In this document: in pieces, positions 9,389 through 16,913 of the stretch | Layout: the number at the start of each line of letters is the position of its first letter | How positions within the stretch are numbered: position 1 is the first letter of the stretch | Assembly: GCF_000341895.1 (NCBI RefSeq) | Contig: NC_020409.1 | Span: forward strand, 510,001-542,000 | Length of the DNA stretch: 32,000 nucleotides | Origin: Pseudodesulfovibrio piezophilus C1TLV30 | GTDB taxonomy: Bacteria; Desulfobacterota; Desulfovibrionia; Desulfovibrionales; Desulfovibrionaceae | Direction of reading: 5' to 3' | Program-made: the position numbers and the translations under genes | The notes under the pieces: generated by a model | What the model was told of the DNA's origin: nothing | What the model saw: the letters and a program-made list of their open reading frames with translations, nothing else | Databases searched by the model: none

Positions 9389-10141
9389 TTATATAAGCTT
9401 TTTATTAAGAAGATCCATTGTTTTCCTATCGGTAAAATCAAAATGCAATGGAGTAAGAGTTATATGTTTTTTTGTTAATAACGCCCTATCCCTATCTTCG
9501 CTGATTCTTTTCGGAGGAATGGCTCCGCATAACCAATAATACAAATGGCCGCGCGGGTCCCTTCTTGTTTCATAAGCGTCTTCGTATGACGCGCGAGTGT
9601 GCGCACACAAAACGAGTTCTTTGGCCTCTTCTATGGGACAATCCGGGAAGTTGAGGTTCAAAACACATTTTGCGGGCAATGAATTCCATGGAATTTGGGG
9701 CAGCAATGCAGCACAGTATTGGGCCTGATTTGTCAAATCCACAGGATTGTAATTATCCATGGATACCGCCATGGAGGGAATTTCCATAAGCGCTCCTTCA
9801 GTGGCGGCTGAGACTGTTCCAGAGTAGAGTATGTCGACGCCAACATTAGCACCGGCATTAATGCCAGACAAAACCAAATCTGGCTTTTGATCCAATAAGG
9901 TACTTAGACCTAACTTAACACAATCAACAGGAGTTCCATAGACCCCTTGGCCTACAAATCCATTCTCCCGAAAATCCTTCACTTTGATAGGCATCGAAAG
10001 AGTCACCGCATGTCCAACCGCAGATTGTTCTGTGACAGGAGCGACAACACGAACATCATGCCCTGCTTCAACAAGAGCAAAATACAGGGCGCGAAGTCCA
10101 ACCGCTTGAATTCCATCATCATTAGCAAGAAGTATATACAT
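9389..10141 (-). CDS. surE: 5'/3'-nucleotidase SurE
   Basis: 250 aa. 'MYILLANDDGIQAVGLRAL', 'SGINAGANVG' and 'YSGTVSAA' are SurE-family hallmarks. Confidence 0.93.
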   Translation of the reverse strand: MYILLANDDGIQAVGLRALYFALVEAGHDVRVVAPVTEQSAVGHAVTLSMPIKVKDFRENGFVGQGVYGTPVDCVKLGLSTLLDQKPDLVLSGINAGANVGVDILYSGTVSAATEGALMEIPSMAVSMDNYNPVDLTNQAQYCAALLPQIPWNSLPAKCVLNLNFPDCPIEEAKELVLCAHTRASYEDAYETRRDPRGHLYYWLCGAIPPKRISEDRDRALLTKKHITLTPLHFDFTDRKTMDLLNKKLI

Positions 10142-10160
10142 ATATCACCCTTTTGATTGA

Positions 10161-10190
10161 TTTGACAATTCAAGTGAAATCGGGTTCATA
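10161..10190 (+). promoter_or_regulatory. Candidate sigma-70-type promoter for the yhaM-like/tmk genes
   Basis: Motif only: TTGACA at 10161-10166, then 17-18 nt, then 'TTCATA/TCATAA' at 10184-10190, in the surE/yhaM divergent intergenic region. No other support. Confidence 0.2.
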
Positions 10191-10283
10191 ACCTTGTAGC
10201 GGGTAAAATGACCACGCTCCCGCCCTCTTTGACGAAAATCATAATGGGCGAGGTACCTCAACATAAGCGAGATAGCAAGATTC

Positions 10284-11312
10284 GTGACCCAAAAGTCGCA
10301 ATATATTCAAGACCTGTCGGCCGGAATGCCAGTCAATGATCTCTTTCTTCTCAGTGCGGCCAGTATGGCCCAGTCTAGAAATGGTCCATACTGGAGTCTG
10401 ACTTTCCAAGATGCTACAGGTAAAATCGATGGCAAAATCTGGAGCCCTAAAAGTCAGGAATACCCTACTCTAGAACCTGGTCAAATGGCTCTCGTACGTG
10501 GCTTTATTGAAAGTTATCGAGATAAGAATCAACTTAAAGTAGACCACATGGAGTTGATCGACGTCAATTCGACTCTCATTGATTACTCTGATTTTCTGCC
10601 GACATCCAGTATTCCTCCAGAAGAGCTTATGGAAGCCATTGAAGATCTCGTTATCGAGCATATTCAATACACGCCACTCAAGTCATTGTGTCGTAAGGTT
10701 CTCAATAACGAAGAGATTCGTCAAAAAATGCTTATAGCCCCTGGGGCAAAGTCTGTTCACCATGCCTATATAGGTGGTCTCCTTGAACATACACTCCAAG
10801 TTGCCAAGGCATGTATGGCGTTGTGTACAGTCTATCCTGACCTTGATCGTCAAATACTCTTGGTGGGCGCTATTTTCCACGACTTAGGAAAAGCTTGGGA
10901 ACTCTCAGGAGGAATGGTAAACGATTACACTGATGAAGGCAGGCTTCTCGGGCATATCCAAATTGGTCAGGATAAACTTGAACCTTTTCTAAAAAGAGCC
11001 AAAGGGCTTGATGAAAAAATCAAATTACACTTGAAGCATCTGATCACAAGCCACCATGGAGAACATGATTTTGGTTCTCCTGTTCGTCCCAAAACTCCGG
11101 AAGCCTTTGTTTTACATTTCGCAGACAATATGGATGCAAAGCTGAACATAATTGAGCAAGCTTATGGTGAGATGGATAAAAATGGACTGGAATGGTCACC
11201 TTATATGCGATTCCTTGACCGAAATATTTACAAAGCTCCATCAACCCCGGATAAATCGAAAAAGAAACACGAAAAGCCGGAGAACCAATGTTTATTACCT
11301 TTGAAGGTATAG
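10284..11312 (+). CDS. OB-fold + HD-domain 3'-5' exoribonuclease, YhaM family
   Basis: 342 aa. The N-terminal OB-fold region ('[16 protein letters not shown]...[18 protein letters not shown]') is followed by an HD domain ('[13 protein letters not shown]', 'IFHDLGK', 'SHHG'). GTG start. The 3' end overlaps tmk by 25 nt. Confidence 0.8.
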   Translation: MTQKSQYIQDLSAGMPVNDLFLLSAASMAQSRNGPYWSLTFQDATGKIDGKIWSPKSQEYPTLEPGQMALVRGFIESYRDKNQLKVDHMELIDVNSTLIDYSDFLPTSSIPPEELMEAIEDLVIEHIQYTPLKSLCRKVLNNEEIRQKMLIAPGAKSVHHAYIGGLLEHTLQVAKACMALCTVYPDLDRQILLVGAIFHDLGKAWELSGGMVNDYTDEGRLLGHIQIGQDKLEPFLKRAKGLDEKIKLHLKHLITSHHGEHDFGSPVRPKTPEAFVLHFADNMDAKLNIIEQAYGEMDKNGLEWSPYMRFLDRNIYKAPSTPDKSKKKHEKPENQCLLPLKV

Positions 11313-11923
11313 AGGGGACGGGTAAAACGACGCAGATAGCTAAGGTTGAGAAGTACCTTACCTCTCTCGGAAAAGATGTCCTTCTTACCCTTGAGCCTGG
11401 CGGCAGTCGTGTTGGGCAAGAGCTACGAAAAATGCTCCTTCATGTGGAGAATCAGGACATAACACCGCAGACAGAACTCTTTCTTTATCTGGCAGATAGA
11501 GCACAACACGTGTCTCAAATTATACGCCCCAACTTGGCAGCCGGTAAAGTTGTTCTCTGTGATCGATTCGCAGATTCCACGATAGTTTATCAAGGTTTTG
11601 GAAGAGGACTGGATACAAAGGTTCTACAACAACTCAATGATGTTGCTGTTGACGGGCTCTGGCCAGATCTCACTATTCTTCTCGATATTGATCCAGAAGT
11701 AGGCCTCCAACGTGCCAACTCTAGAAATCTTGAAGAAAACAAAACCAATGAAGAAGGACGCTTTGAAGCTGAACATATATCCTTCCACAAAAGAATCCGC
11801 GAAGGGTATCTCACTTGGGCAGCATTAAATCGAGATAGGGTGAAGGTTGCAGATGCTTCTGCTTCTCCAGAGAAAGTCTTTGAGCAGATCAAGGATATGC
11901 TAGACGCCGAGGTAAGTAGCTAA
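11288..11923 (+). CDS. tmk: Thymidylate (dTMP) kinase
   Basis: 211 aa. '[16 protein letters not shown]' is the P-loop at the extreme N-terminus, with '[12 protein letters not shown]' (the DR motif) downstream. Confidence 0.95.
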   Translation: MFITFEGIEGTGKTTQIAKVEKYLTSLGKDVLLTLEPGGSRVGQELRKMLLHVENQDITPQTELFLYLADRAQHVSQIIRPNLAAGKVVLCDRFADSTIVYQGFGRGLDTKVLQQLNDVAVDGLWPDLTILLDIDPEVGLQRANSRNLEENKTNEEGRFEAEHISFHKRIREGYLTWAALNRDRVKVADASASPEKVFEQIKDMLDAEVSS

Positions 11924-12035
11924 AAATATCTCATTCCATTGAGAACAATGACACTCTGGATTCTTCTTCTGAATCTGGTATGGTTACACAGGACAGTGTC
12001 CATAACCCTCTATCAACTGATTACCCAGAGAAGAC

Positions 12036-12857
12036 ATGCACAAGATGTTCCCACCTTTAAGAAAAAATCGAGTATCCACTGCGGCTCTTTTTGATACCTG
12101 TAAGTATATTTTGCTCATGGTGGTCTTGGTATGGCTGATTGTTTCAGGCTCAGAAAAACTTGGATATAATTGGCAATGGTATCGGATTCCCCAGTATTTT
12201 GGACAAATAACTGAGAAGGGAATATCTTGGGGCCCTCTTATGAAGGGATTGGCAGTGACTATGGAAATTACCGCTATTTCCATGTTCTTTATGCTCGTGA
12301 TAGGCTTGATAACAGCGCTCTTGCGAATGACAGGGGCGCGGATAGGATGTGGACTTGCGCGTATTTATATGGAGTTGATTCGCAATTCCCCTTTGCTTAT
12401 CCAAATATTCTTCATTTATTTTGTCATAGCCCCAATTCTGAATATGTCCGGATTCTGGGCCGCAGTCATTGCTTTGAGCCTCTTTGAGGGGGCGTATGCG
12501 TCCGAAATCTTCAGAGCGGGCATAACTTCCATCAATCAAGGCCAATGGGAAGCTGCCAAAAGTCTTGGTATGAATGCCTATCCAATGTATAGATATATCA
12601 TCCTTCCACAAGCTATTCGACGTATTATCCCTCCACTGACGAGTCAGGCTGTTTCTTTGATTAAGGATTCTGCCCTTGTCTCCACCGTGGCTATTTTGGA
12701 TTTGACCCAACAGGGACGAATTATCGATGCAGAGACATTTCTCACTTTTGAAATATGGTTTACGGTCGCTGCTATTTACTTGTGTATCACGCTCACACTT
12801 TCTACACTGGTACGCATACTTGAGCAGAGGACACAAAATATGGATTCTACAATCTGA
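12036..12857 (+). CDS. Polar amino-acid ABC transporter permease (His/Glu/Gln/Arg/opine, HisM/HisQ-type)
   Basis: 273 aa, multi-TM. EAA-loop region 'GQWEAAKSLGMNAYPMYRYIILPQAIRRIIPPLTSQAVSLIKDSALVS'. The start could also be ATG 12045. Confidence 0.88.
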   Translation: MHKMFPPLRKNRVSTAALFDTCKYILLMVVLVWLIVSGSEKLGYNWQWYRIPQYFGQITEKGISWGPLMKGLAVTMEITAISMFFMLVIGLITALLRMTGARIGCGLARIYMELIRNSPLLIQIFFIYFVIAPILNMSGFWAAVIALSLFEGAYASEIFRAGITSINQGQWEAAKSLGMNAYPMYRYIILPQAIRRIIPPLTSQAVSLIKDSALVSTVAILDLTQQGRIIDAETFLTFEIWFTVAAIYLCITLTLSTLVRILEQRTQNMDSTI

Positions 12858-12872
12858 GTTAGGAGGATCATT

Positions 12873-12971
12873 ATGACTATCTGGAGAGCTATTAGCACAG
12901 GCAAAGGAATCTTAATTGCCATTTTAGGAGTTTCTCATGTGACCTTTGCTCAGGAATCCTGCAAGCTGTAA
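12873..12971 (+). CDS. Candidate 32-aa small ORF with signal-peptide-like sequence (hypothetical)
   Basis: Found manually; it is below the ORF-track size cut-off. ATG 12873 is preceded by a perfect AGGAGG (12861-12866, 6-nt spacer). Translation: MTIWRAISTGKGILIAILGVSHVTFAQESCKL*. It sits between the permease and the binding-protein gene. I have no homology evidence. Confidence 0.35.
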   Translation: MTIWRAISTGKGILIAILGVSHVTFAQESCKL

Positions 12972-13015
12972 CCCTGACGCGTCCATTTTTCTATATGGAC
13001 AAAGGAATTTGTAAA

Positions 13016-13867
13016 ATGAAACACTTACGCTCAATGTTTCTCGTCTCCGTTTTTTGTTTGGCTATCTCGCTTTTGGGGTGTGACCAAGCTCCCGAGAAGG
13101 ACGGTAAAGGCGACTCCAATCTTGCTTCTTCCCAACAGACAAGCCAACTTGAAACTATCCTCCAGAGAGGAACCATAAAAGTTGGCTTTGATACGTTTAA
13201 ACCTTGGGCTATGAAAGATAAGGCGGGAAATTATATTGGTTTCGAGATCGAAGTAGCCCAAAAAATAGCCGAAGATATGGGGGTAAAAGTTGAACTGGTC
13301 CCCACAAAGTGGTCTGGTATCATTCCTGCCCTTCTAACAGGGAAATTCGATATCATTATCGGTGGGATGTCAATCACACCACAACGAAATCTCAAGGTTA
13401 ACTTTACAATACCTTACGAATTTTCTGGAATGTCTCTTATCGCAAGTAAAACCCGAGCAGGAAATCGTTCAACATTGGAAGACTTCGACAACCCTGAAAC
13501 TGTTATCGCAGTTCGCCTTGGTACAACTGCAGCCGAGGCAGCGAAAAATTTTCTTCCGAATGCCAAAAAACTCTTTTTCGACGAAGAATCTCAAACAGTA
13601 CAGGAACTCCTGAACAAACGAGTTGATGCTTTAGTTGCCTCTAATCCTCTGCCCGTCAATCTGGCGAAAGAGTATCCCGATCAACTCTACCTTCCTCTTG
13701 GTAAGGATTTCACTAGAGAGCCAATCTCGTTTGCGATTCGTAAGGGAGACTTAGATTATCTGAACTGGCTTGATAACTGGGTTCGTGTGAATATGAGCAA
13801 AGGATGGTTGCAGAATCGTTACCAGCATTGGTTTTTTACACATGATTGGGAAGATCAATTGCAATAA
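13016..13867 (+). CDS. ABC transporter substrate-binding lipoprotein, solute-binding family 3 (polar amino acid type)
   Basis: 'GTIKVGFDTFKPWAMKD..GNYIGFEIEVAQKIAEDMGVKVELVPTKWSGIIPALLTGKFDIIIGGMSITPQR' is typical SBP_bac_3. The start was trimmed from 12995 to ATG 13016, which gives 'MKHLRSMFLVSVFCLAISLLGC', a lipoprotein signal peptide with a lipobox (LLGC). Confidence 0.88.
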   Translation: MKHLRSMFLVSVFCLAISLLGCDQAPEKDGKGDSNLASSQQTSQLETILQRGTIKVGFDTFKPWAMKDKAGNYIGFEIEVAQKIAEDMGVKVELVPTKWSGIIPALLTGKFDIIIGGMSITPQRNLKVNFTIPYEFSGMSLIASKTRAGNRSTLEDFDNPETVIAVRLGTTAAEAAKNFLPNAKKLFFDEESQTVQELLNKRVDALVASNPLPVNLAKEYPDQLYLPLGKDFTREPISFAIRKGDLDYLNWLDNWVRVNMSKGWLQNRYQHWFFTHDWEDQLQ

Positions 13868-13881
13868 ACGGTTGAATCCTG

Positions 13882-14766
13882 GTGTTCTTTAAAAAAAAAT
13901 ACTTATCCTTTTCCCTGCTTGACATCGTCTTACTGACGATGTTGGCAGGGGGACTTGGTTTTGTCTTTTTTAAGGCATTTACAGGTCTCAATTATCACTG
14001 GAAGTGGGAGGTTATCCCGCAATATCTGATCCGGTATGACCCTTCACACAAAGTATGGGCAGCCGGATTACTCACACAAGGACTTCTGACAACCCTACGC
14101 CTCAGTATTTGGGCCTCCTTGTTTTCATTGGGCATAGGTATCATTATAGGACTTTTTCGTGTAAGCCCTTCTCTTTTCAAGCGTCAGGTCGCAACGACTT
14201 ATGTTGGTCTCATCCGCAATACTCCACCATTGGTTCTGATTTTTATTTTTTATTTTTTTGTTGCAGATCAGATTATGACAGCACTACATATGGATGACTT
14301 TATTTACAGTCTCTCCGCAGAAGCCAAAACAGTCATGTCCATCTTCTTCGGCCCCACCAATCGATTCCCTCAATTTCTAGCCGCAGTTTTAACACTAACT
14401 CTGTTTGAAGGTGCCTATATAACGGAAATTGTTCGTGCCGGGATTGAATCTATTGAGCCTGGTCAATGGGAGGCCTCCACTGCGCTCGGAATGCGTCGCT
14501 GGCAAGCCCTTGTTTATGTTATACTGCCACAAGGGTTACAACGAATGTTGCCAGCGCTGGCTGGACAGTTTATATCTGTTATAAAGGATTCAGCTATTGT
14601 GTCAGTCATCTCAATTGAAGAGTTGACCTTCCAAGCTCAGCAAATAATGACAACGACCTACCGAAGTTTTGAAGTTTGGACTACGGTTATGGTCATGTAT
14701 TTTATCCTGACTTTTTTTTGTTCATTGGCTGTCAGGAAACTCGAACTGACCTTACGAAGGAGTTAG
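13882..14766 (+). CDS. Polar amino-acid ABC transporter permease (second membrane subunit)
   Basis: 294 aa. 'GQWEASTALGMRRWQALVYVILPQGLQRMLPALAGQFISVIKDSAIVS'. The N-terminal region is paralogous to the first permease ('LNYHWKWEVIPQY' versus 'LGYNWQWYRIPQY'). GTG start with no clear Shine-Dalgarno. An A9 tract lies at 13891-13899. Confidence 0.85.
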   Translation: MFFKKKYLSFSLLDIVLLTMLAGGLGFVFFKAFTGLNYHWKWEVIPQYLIRYDPSHKVWAAGLLTQGLLTTLRLSIWASLFSLGIGIIIGLFRVSPSLFKRQVATTYVGLIRNTPPLVLIFIFYFFVADQIMTALHMDDFIYSLSAEAKTVMSIFFGPTNRFPQFLAAVLTLTLFEGAYITEIVRAGIESIEPGQWEASTALGMRRWQALVYVILPQGLQRMLPALAGQFISVIKDSAIVSVISIEELTFQAQQIMTTTYRSFEVWTTVMVMYFILTFFCSLAVRKLELTLRRS

Positions 14767-14768
14767 GC

Positions 14769-15140
14769 ATGCTCAAATTCATCAAAAATTTTTTTGAAGG
14801 TATTTTAGACGAAGAGCCTCTGAATGCTCCAACAACTTTTATTGAAAAAAATGAACAAGAACCATTCGACCCGGAGGCGTTTGATATGGATGATGTAAAA
14901 GTATACGCACTCTCAACCTGTATTCATTGCAAAAATGCGAAAAAATACCTCGACGAATGTGGAGTCAAATACGATTGTGTTCATGTTGATAAATTAAAGG
15001 GTGATGAAAGAAAAGAAATTGTGAGAGAACTCAAAAGTCATAATCCGGCAGTTTCATTCCCGACAATTGTTATCAAAGATACCGTTGTTGTTGGTTATCA
15101 CAAAGACAAAATCGACAAAGCACTACAGGAGTCAGAGTAA
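14769..15140 (+). CDS. Glutaredoxin-like (YruB/NrdH-like) thiol-disulfide oxidoreductase with an acidic N-terminal extension
   Basis: The start was trimmed to ATG 14769, 2 nt after the permease stop, with GAAGGA upstream. Thioredoxin-fold signature 'VKVYALSTCIHCKNAKKYLDECGVKY...VSFPTIVIKDTVVVGY': a CxxC motif (C-I-H-C), a cis-Pro 'FPT' and a 'GY' turn. About 42 residues precede the fold. Confidence 0.8.
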   Translation: MLKFIKNFFEGILDEEPLNAPTTFIEKNEQEPFDPEAFDMDDVKVYALSTCIHCKNAKKYLDECGVKYDCVHVDKLKGDERKEIVRELKSHNPAVSFPTIVIKDTVVVGYHKDKIDKALQESE

Positions 15141-15142
15141 TC

Positions 15143-15475
15143 ATGAACGCTGAAACTCTTTATGAAAACTTGAGACGAATTCAGGAACCCAAAGGATATT
15201 ATTTCAATGCTGATATGGAGATGACCCATCCCCTGCTTGAAAGCCTGCTGATCAACAAAGAACGTCTTGGCTATATGGCTTGCCCCTGTCGATTGGCAAA
15301 CGAAGAGCTTGAAGCGGATAAAGATATCATCTGTCCATGTGTCTATCGAGAAAAAGATGTTGCAGAATATGGAGCATGCTTCTGTGCCCTTTATGTAAGT
15401 AAAGAATACAACGAAGGGACGATTGATAAACAGGTTGTTCCTGAACGCAGGCCTGCTGATAAAATTCTTTTTTAA
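15143..15475 (+). CDS. Ferredoxin:thioredoxin reductase catalytic-subunit-like protein (ferredoxin:disulfide reductase family)
   Basis: 110 aa. Three CxC motifs in the FTR-beta arrangement: 'ACPCR'-X14-'CPCV'-X12-'CFC'. Starts 2 nt after the Grx-like stop. An intrinsic terminator follows. Confidence 0.8.
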   Translation: MNAETLYENLRRIQEPKGYYFNADMEMTHPLLESLLINKERLGYMACPCRLANEELEADKDIICPCVYREKDVAEYGACFCALYVSKEYNEGTIDKQVVPERRPADKILF

Positions 15476-15482
15476 GCACTTG

Positions 15483-15511
15483 AAGCCCCAATTCTTTGTT
15501 GGGGCTTTTTT
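15483..15511 (+). terminator. Rho-independent terminator closing the ABC/Grx/FTR-like operon
   Basis: 9-bp stem 'aagccccaa' (15483-15491) / 'ttggggctt' (15499-15507), 7-nt loop, then a T-run to 15511. It begins 8 nt after the TAA at 15473-15475. Confidence 0.85.
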
Positions 15512-15554
15512 CCATTGCCAGGGACGCCCCATTCTCGATCAGACTAGGTGCCAT

Positions 15555-16913
15555 GTGATAAAAGTCAGAAAAGATCTGAAAACTCTTCTAGCCCTTGCTT
15601 CCCCCTTACGTTCAGGGGATATTTTGGCCGGTATTGCAGCCCGAACGGAAGAAGAACGGATTCGAGCTCAAATGGAGTTGGCTGAAGTGCCACTCAAACG
15701 ATTTTTAAATGAAACCGTCATCCCTTATGAAGATGATGAGGTTACGCGATTGATTCTTGATGGACATGATAAGTCTGCTTTCAAGAAAATTCGGGGTTTT
15801 ACAGTTGGAGAATTAAGAGATTGGTTACTTACGGATGAAGTAGACGCTCAATCACTCAAAATACTTTCTCCCGGTTTGACCCCAGAGATGGTTGCAGCAG
15901 TATCCAAATTGATGCGTCTTCAAGATCTTGTTCTTGTTGCCTCTAAGTGTTCAGTCATAACCGGGTTCAGGAATACTATAGGCCTTCCGGGTACTTTTTC
16001 TGTAAGATTGCAACCGAATCACCCTACTGATAATCTCAAGGGGATAGCTGCTTCGACATTTGATGGTCTGTGCTATGGATGTGGAGATGCTGTTATTGGG
16101 ATCAATCCAGCGACTGATAACCTTGAAAGTACAACTCGACTTCTTCATATGCTCGATTCAATAATCAATCAGTACGATATCCCAACCCAATCGTGTGTGT
16201 TGACCCATGTCACCAGCACAATGGAAGCGATCAAAAGAGGAGCACCGGTTGATATCTGTTTTCAGTCTATTGCCGGAACAGAAAAAGCAAATAAGAGTTT
16301 TGGTATCACGCTTGATCTACTACAGGAAGCTTATGAAGCGACACTCTCTCTTCAGAGAGGGACTGTTGGAAATAACGTCATGTATTTTGAAACAGGACAG
16401 GGAAGTGCTCTCTCGGCAAATGCTCATCACGGTGTTGATCAGCAGACACTTGAAGTTCGAGCATATGCTGTAGCTCGCAAGTTTAATCCTCTCCTCGTCA
16501 ATACAGTTGTCGGTTTTATTGGCCCTGAATATTTATATGATGGCAAGCAAATCATCAGAGCTGGATTAGAAGATCATTTTTGCGGCAAACTACTGGGGCT
16601 GCCGATGGGGGTGGATATCTGTTACACAAATCACGCTGAGACAGATCAAGATGATATGGATGCCCTGCTGACACTTTTAGGAACAGCACATTGCAATTTC
16701 ATCATGGGAATACCTGGTGCTGACGATATTATGCTCAATTATCAATCAACATCTTTTCATGATGCTTGTTATCTTCGAAAGCTGCTCAATAAAAAACCAG
16801 CCCCTGAATTTGAAGAGTGGTTAGAAAAAATAGGAATTTATGATAGCACTGGAACCCTTTTACCACTTGCAAAAACGAATCAGTTTTTAGCTCTGCCTGA
16901 TGCGTTTTGTTGA
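15555..16913 (+). CDS. eutB: Ethanolamine ammonia-lyase large (heavy) subunit
   Basis: Full-length similarity to EutB as I recall the E. coli sequence ('LRSGDILAGIAA', 'IGLPGTFSVRLQPN', 'YFETGQGSALSA', 'VNTVVGFIGPEYLYDGKQIIRAGLEDHF', 'DDIMLNYQSTSFHD'). The ORF-track start at 15423 runs through the FTR-like gene and its terminator. I place the start at the in-frame GTG 15555, with 'AGGTG' 4-5 nt upstream. That gives 452 aa, close to my recollection of E. coli EutB. Confidence 0.88.
   Translation: MIKVRKDLKTLLALASPLRSGDILAGIAARTEEERIRAQMELAEVPLKRFLNETVIPYEDDEVTRLILDGHDKSAFKKIRGFTVGELRDWLLTDEVDAQSLKILSPGLTPEMVAAVSKLMRLQDLVLVASKCSVITGFRNTIGLPGTFSVRLQPNHPTDNLKGIAASTFDGLCYGCGDAVIGINPATDNLESTTRLLHMLDSIINQYDIPTQSCVLTHVTSTMEAIKRGAPVDICFQSIAGTEKANKSFGITLDLLQEAYEATLSLQRGTVGNNVMYFETGQGSALSANAHHGVDQQTLEVRAYAVARKFNPLLVNTVVGFIGPEYLYDGKQIIRAGLEDHFCGKLLGLPMGVDICYTNHAETDQDDMDALLTLLGTAHCNFIMGIPGADDIMLNYQSTSFHDACYLRKLLNKKPAPEFEEWLEKIGIYDSTGTLLPLAKTNQFLALPDAFC

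Noticed and set aside
11984-12283. The 99-aa minus-strand ORF upstream of, and overlapping, the first permease gene, together with the imperfect inverted repeat at about 11982-12006 ('ggttacacaggacagtgtccataacc').
   Set aside because: The ORF overlaps the permease N-terminus antisense and has no Shine-Dalgarno or recognisable domain. The inverted repeat has an internal loop and no T-run, so it is too weak to call an operator or terminator.
12150-12836. Long antisense ORFs opposite well-supported genes. Examples are 12150-12836 (-, 228 aa), 20090-20887 (+, 265 aa), 8787-9293 (+, 168 aa), 8744-9133 (+), 182-745 (+, 187 aa) and 25807-26280 (-, 157 aa).
   Set aside because: Each lies entirely antisense to a gene with unmistakable conserved motifs (permease, secD/yajC, gap, ugd, argD). 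Their translations are low-complexity or Ser/Arg/Cys-rich with no recognisable domain. None has a Shine-Dalgarno. They are typical shadow ORFs.
15423-15554. A 44-codon N-terminal extension of the eutB ORF, as given in the ORF track.
   Set aside because: It overlaps the 3' end of the FTR-like gene in another frame and runs straight through the intrinsic terminator hairpin. The translated extension (MINRLFLNAGLLIKFFFKHLKPQFFVGAFFHCQ...) has no EutB counterpart. GTG 15555 gives a protein of the expected length.
15400-15560. An ANTAR-type antiterminator target or AdoCbl riboswitch controlling eutBC.
   Set aside because: The leader is only about 43 nt beyond the terminator, too short for a cobalamin riboswitch. 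I could not find the paired hexaloop hairpins that overlap the terminator 5' arm in EutV-type systems. The small alternative stems at 15431-15452 lie inside coding sequence and look fortuitous.
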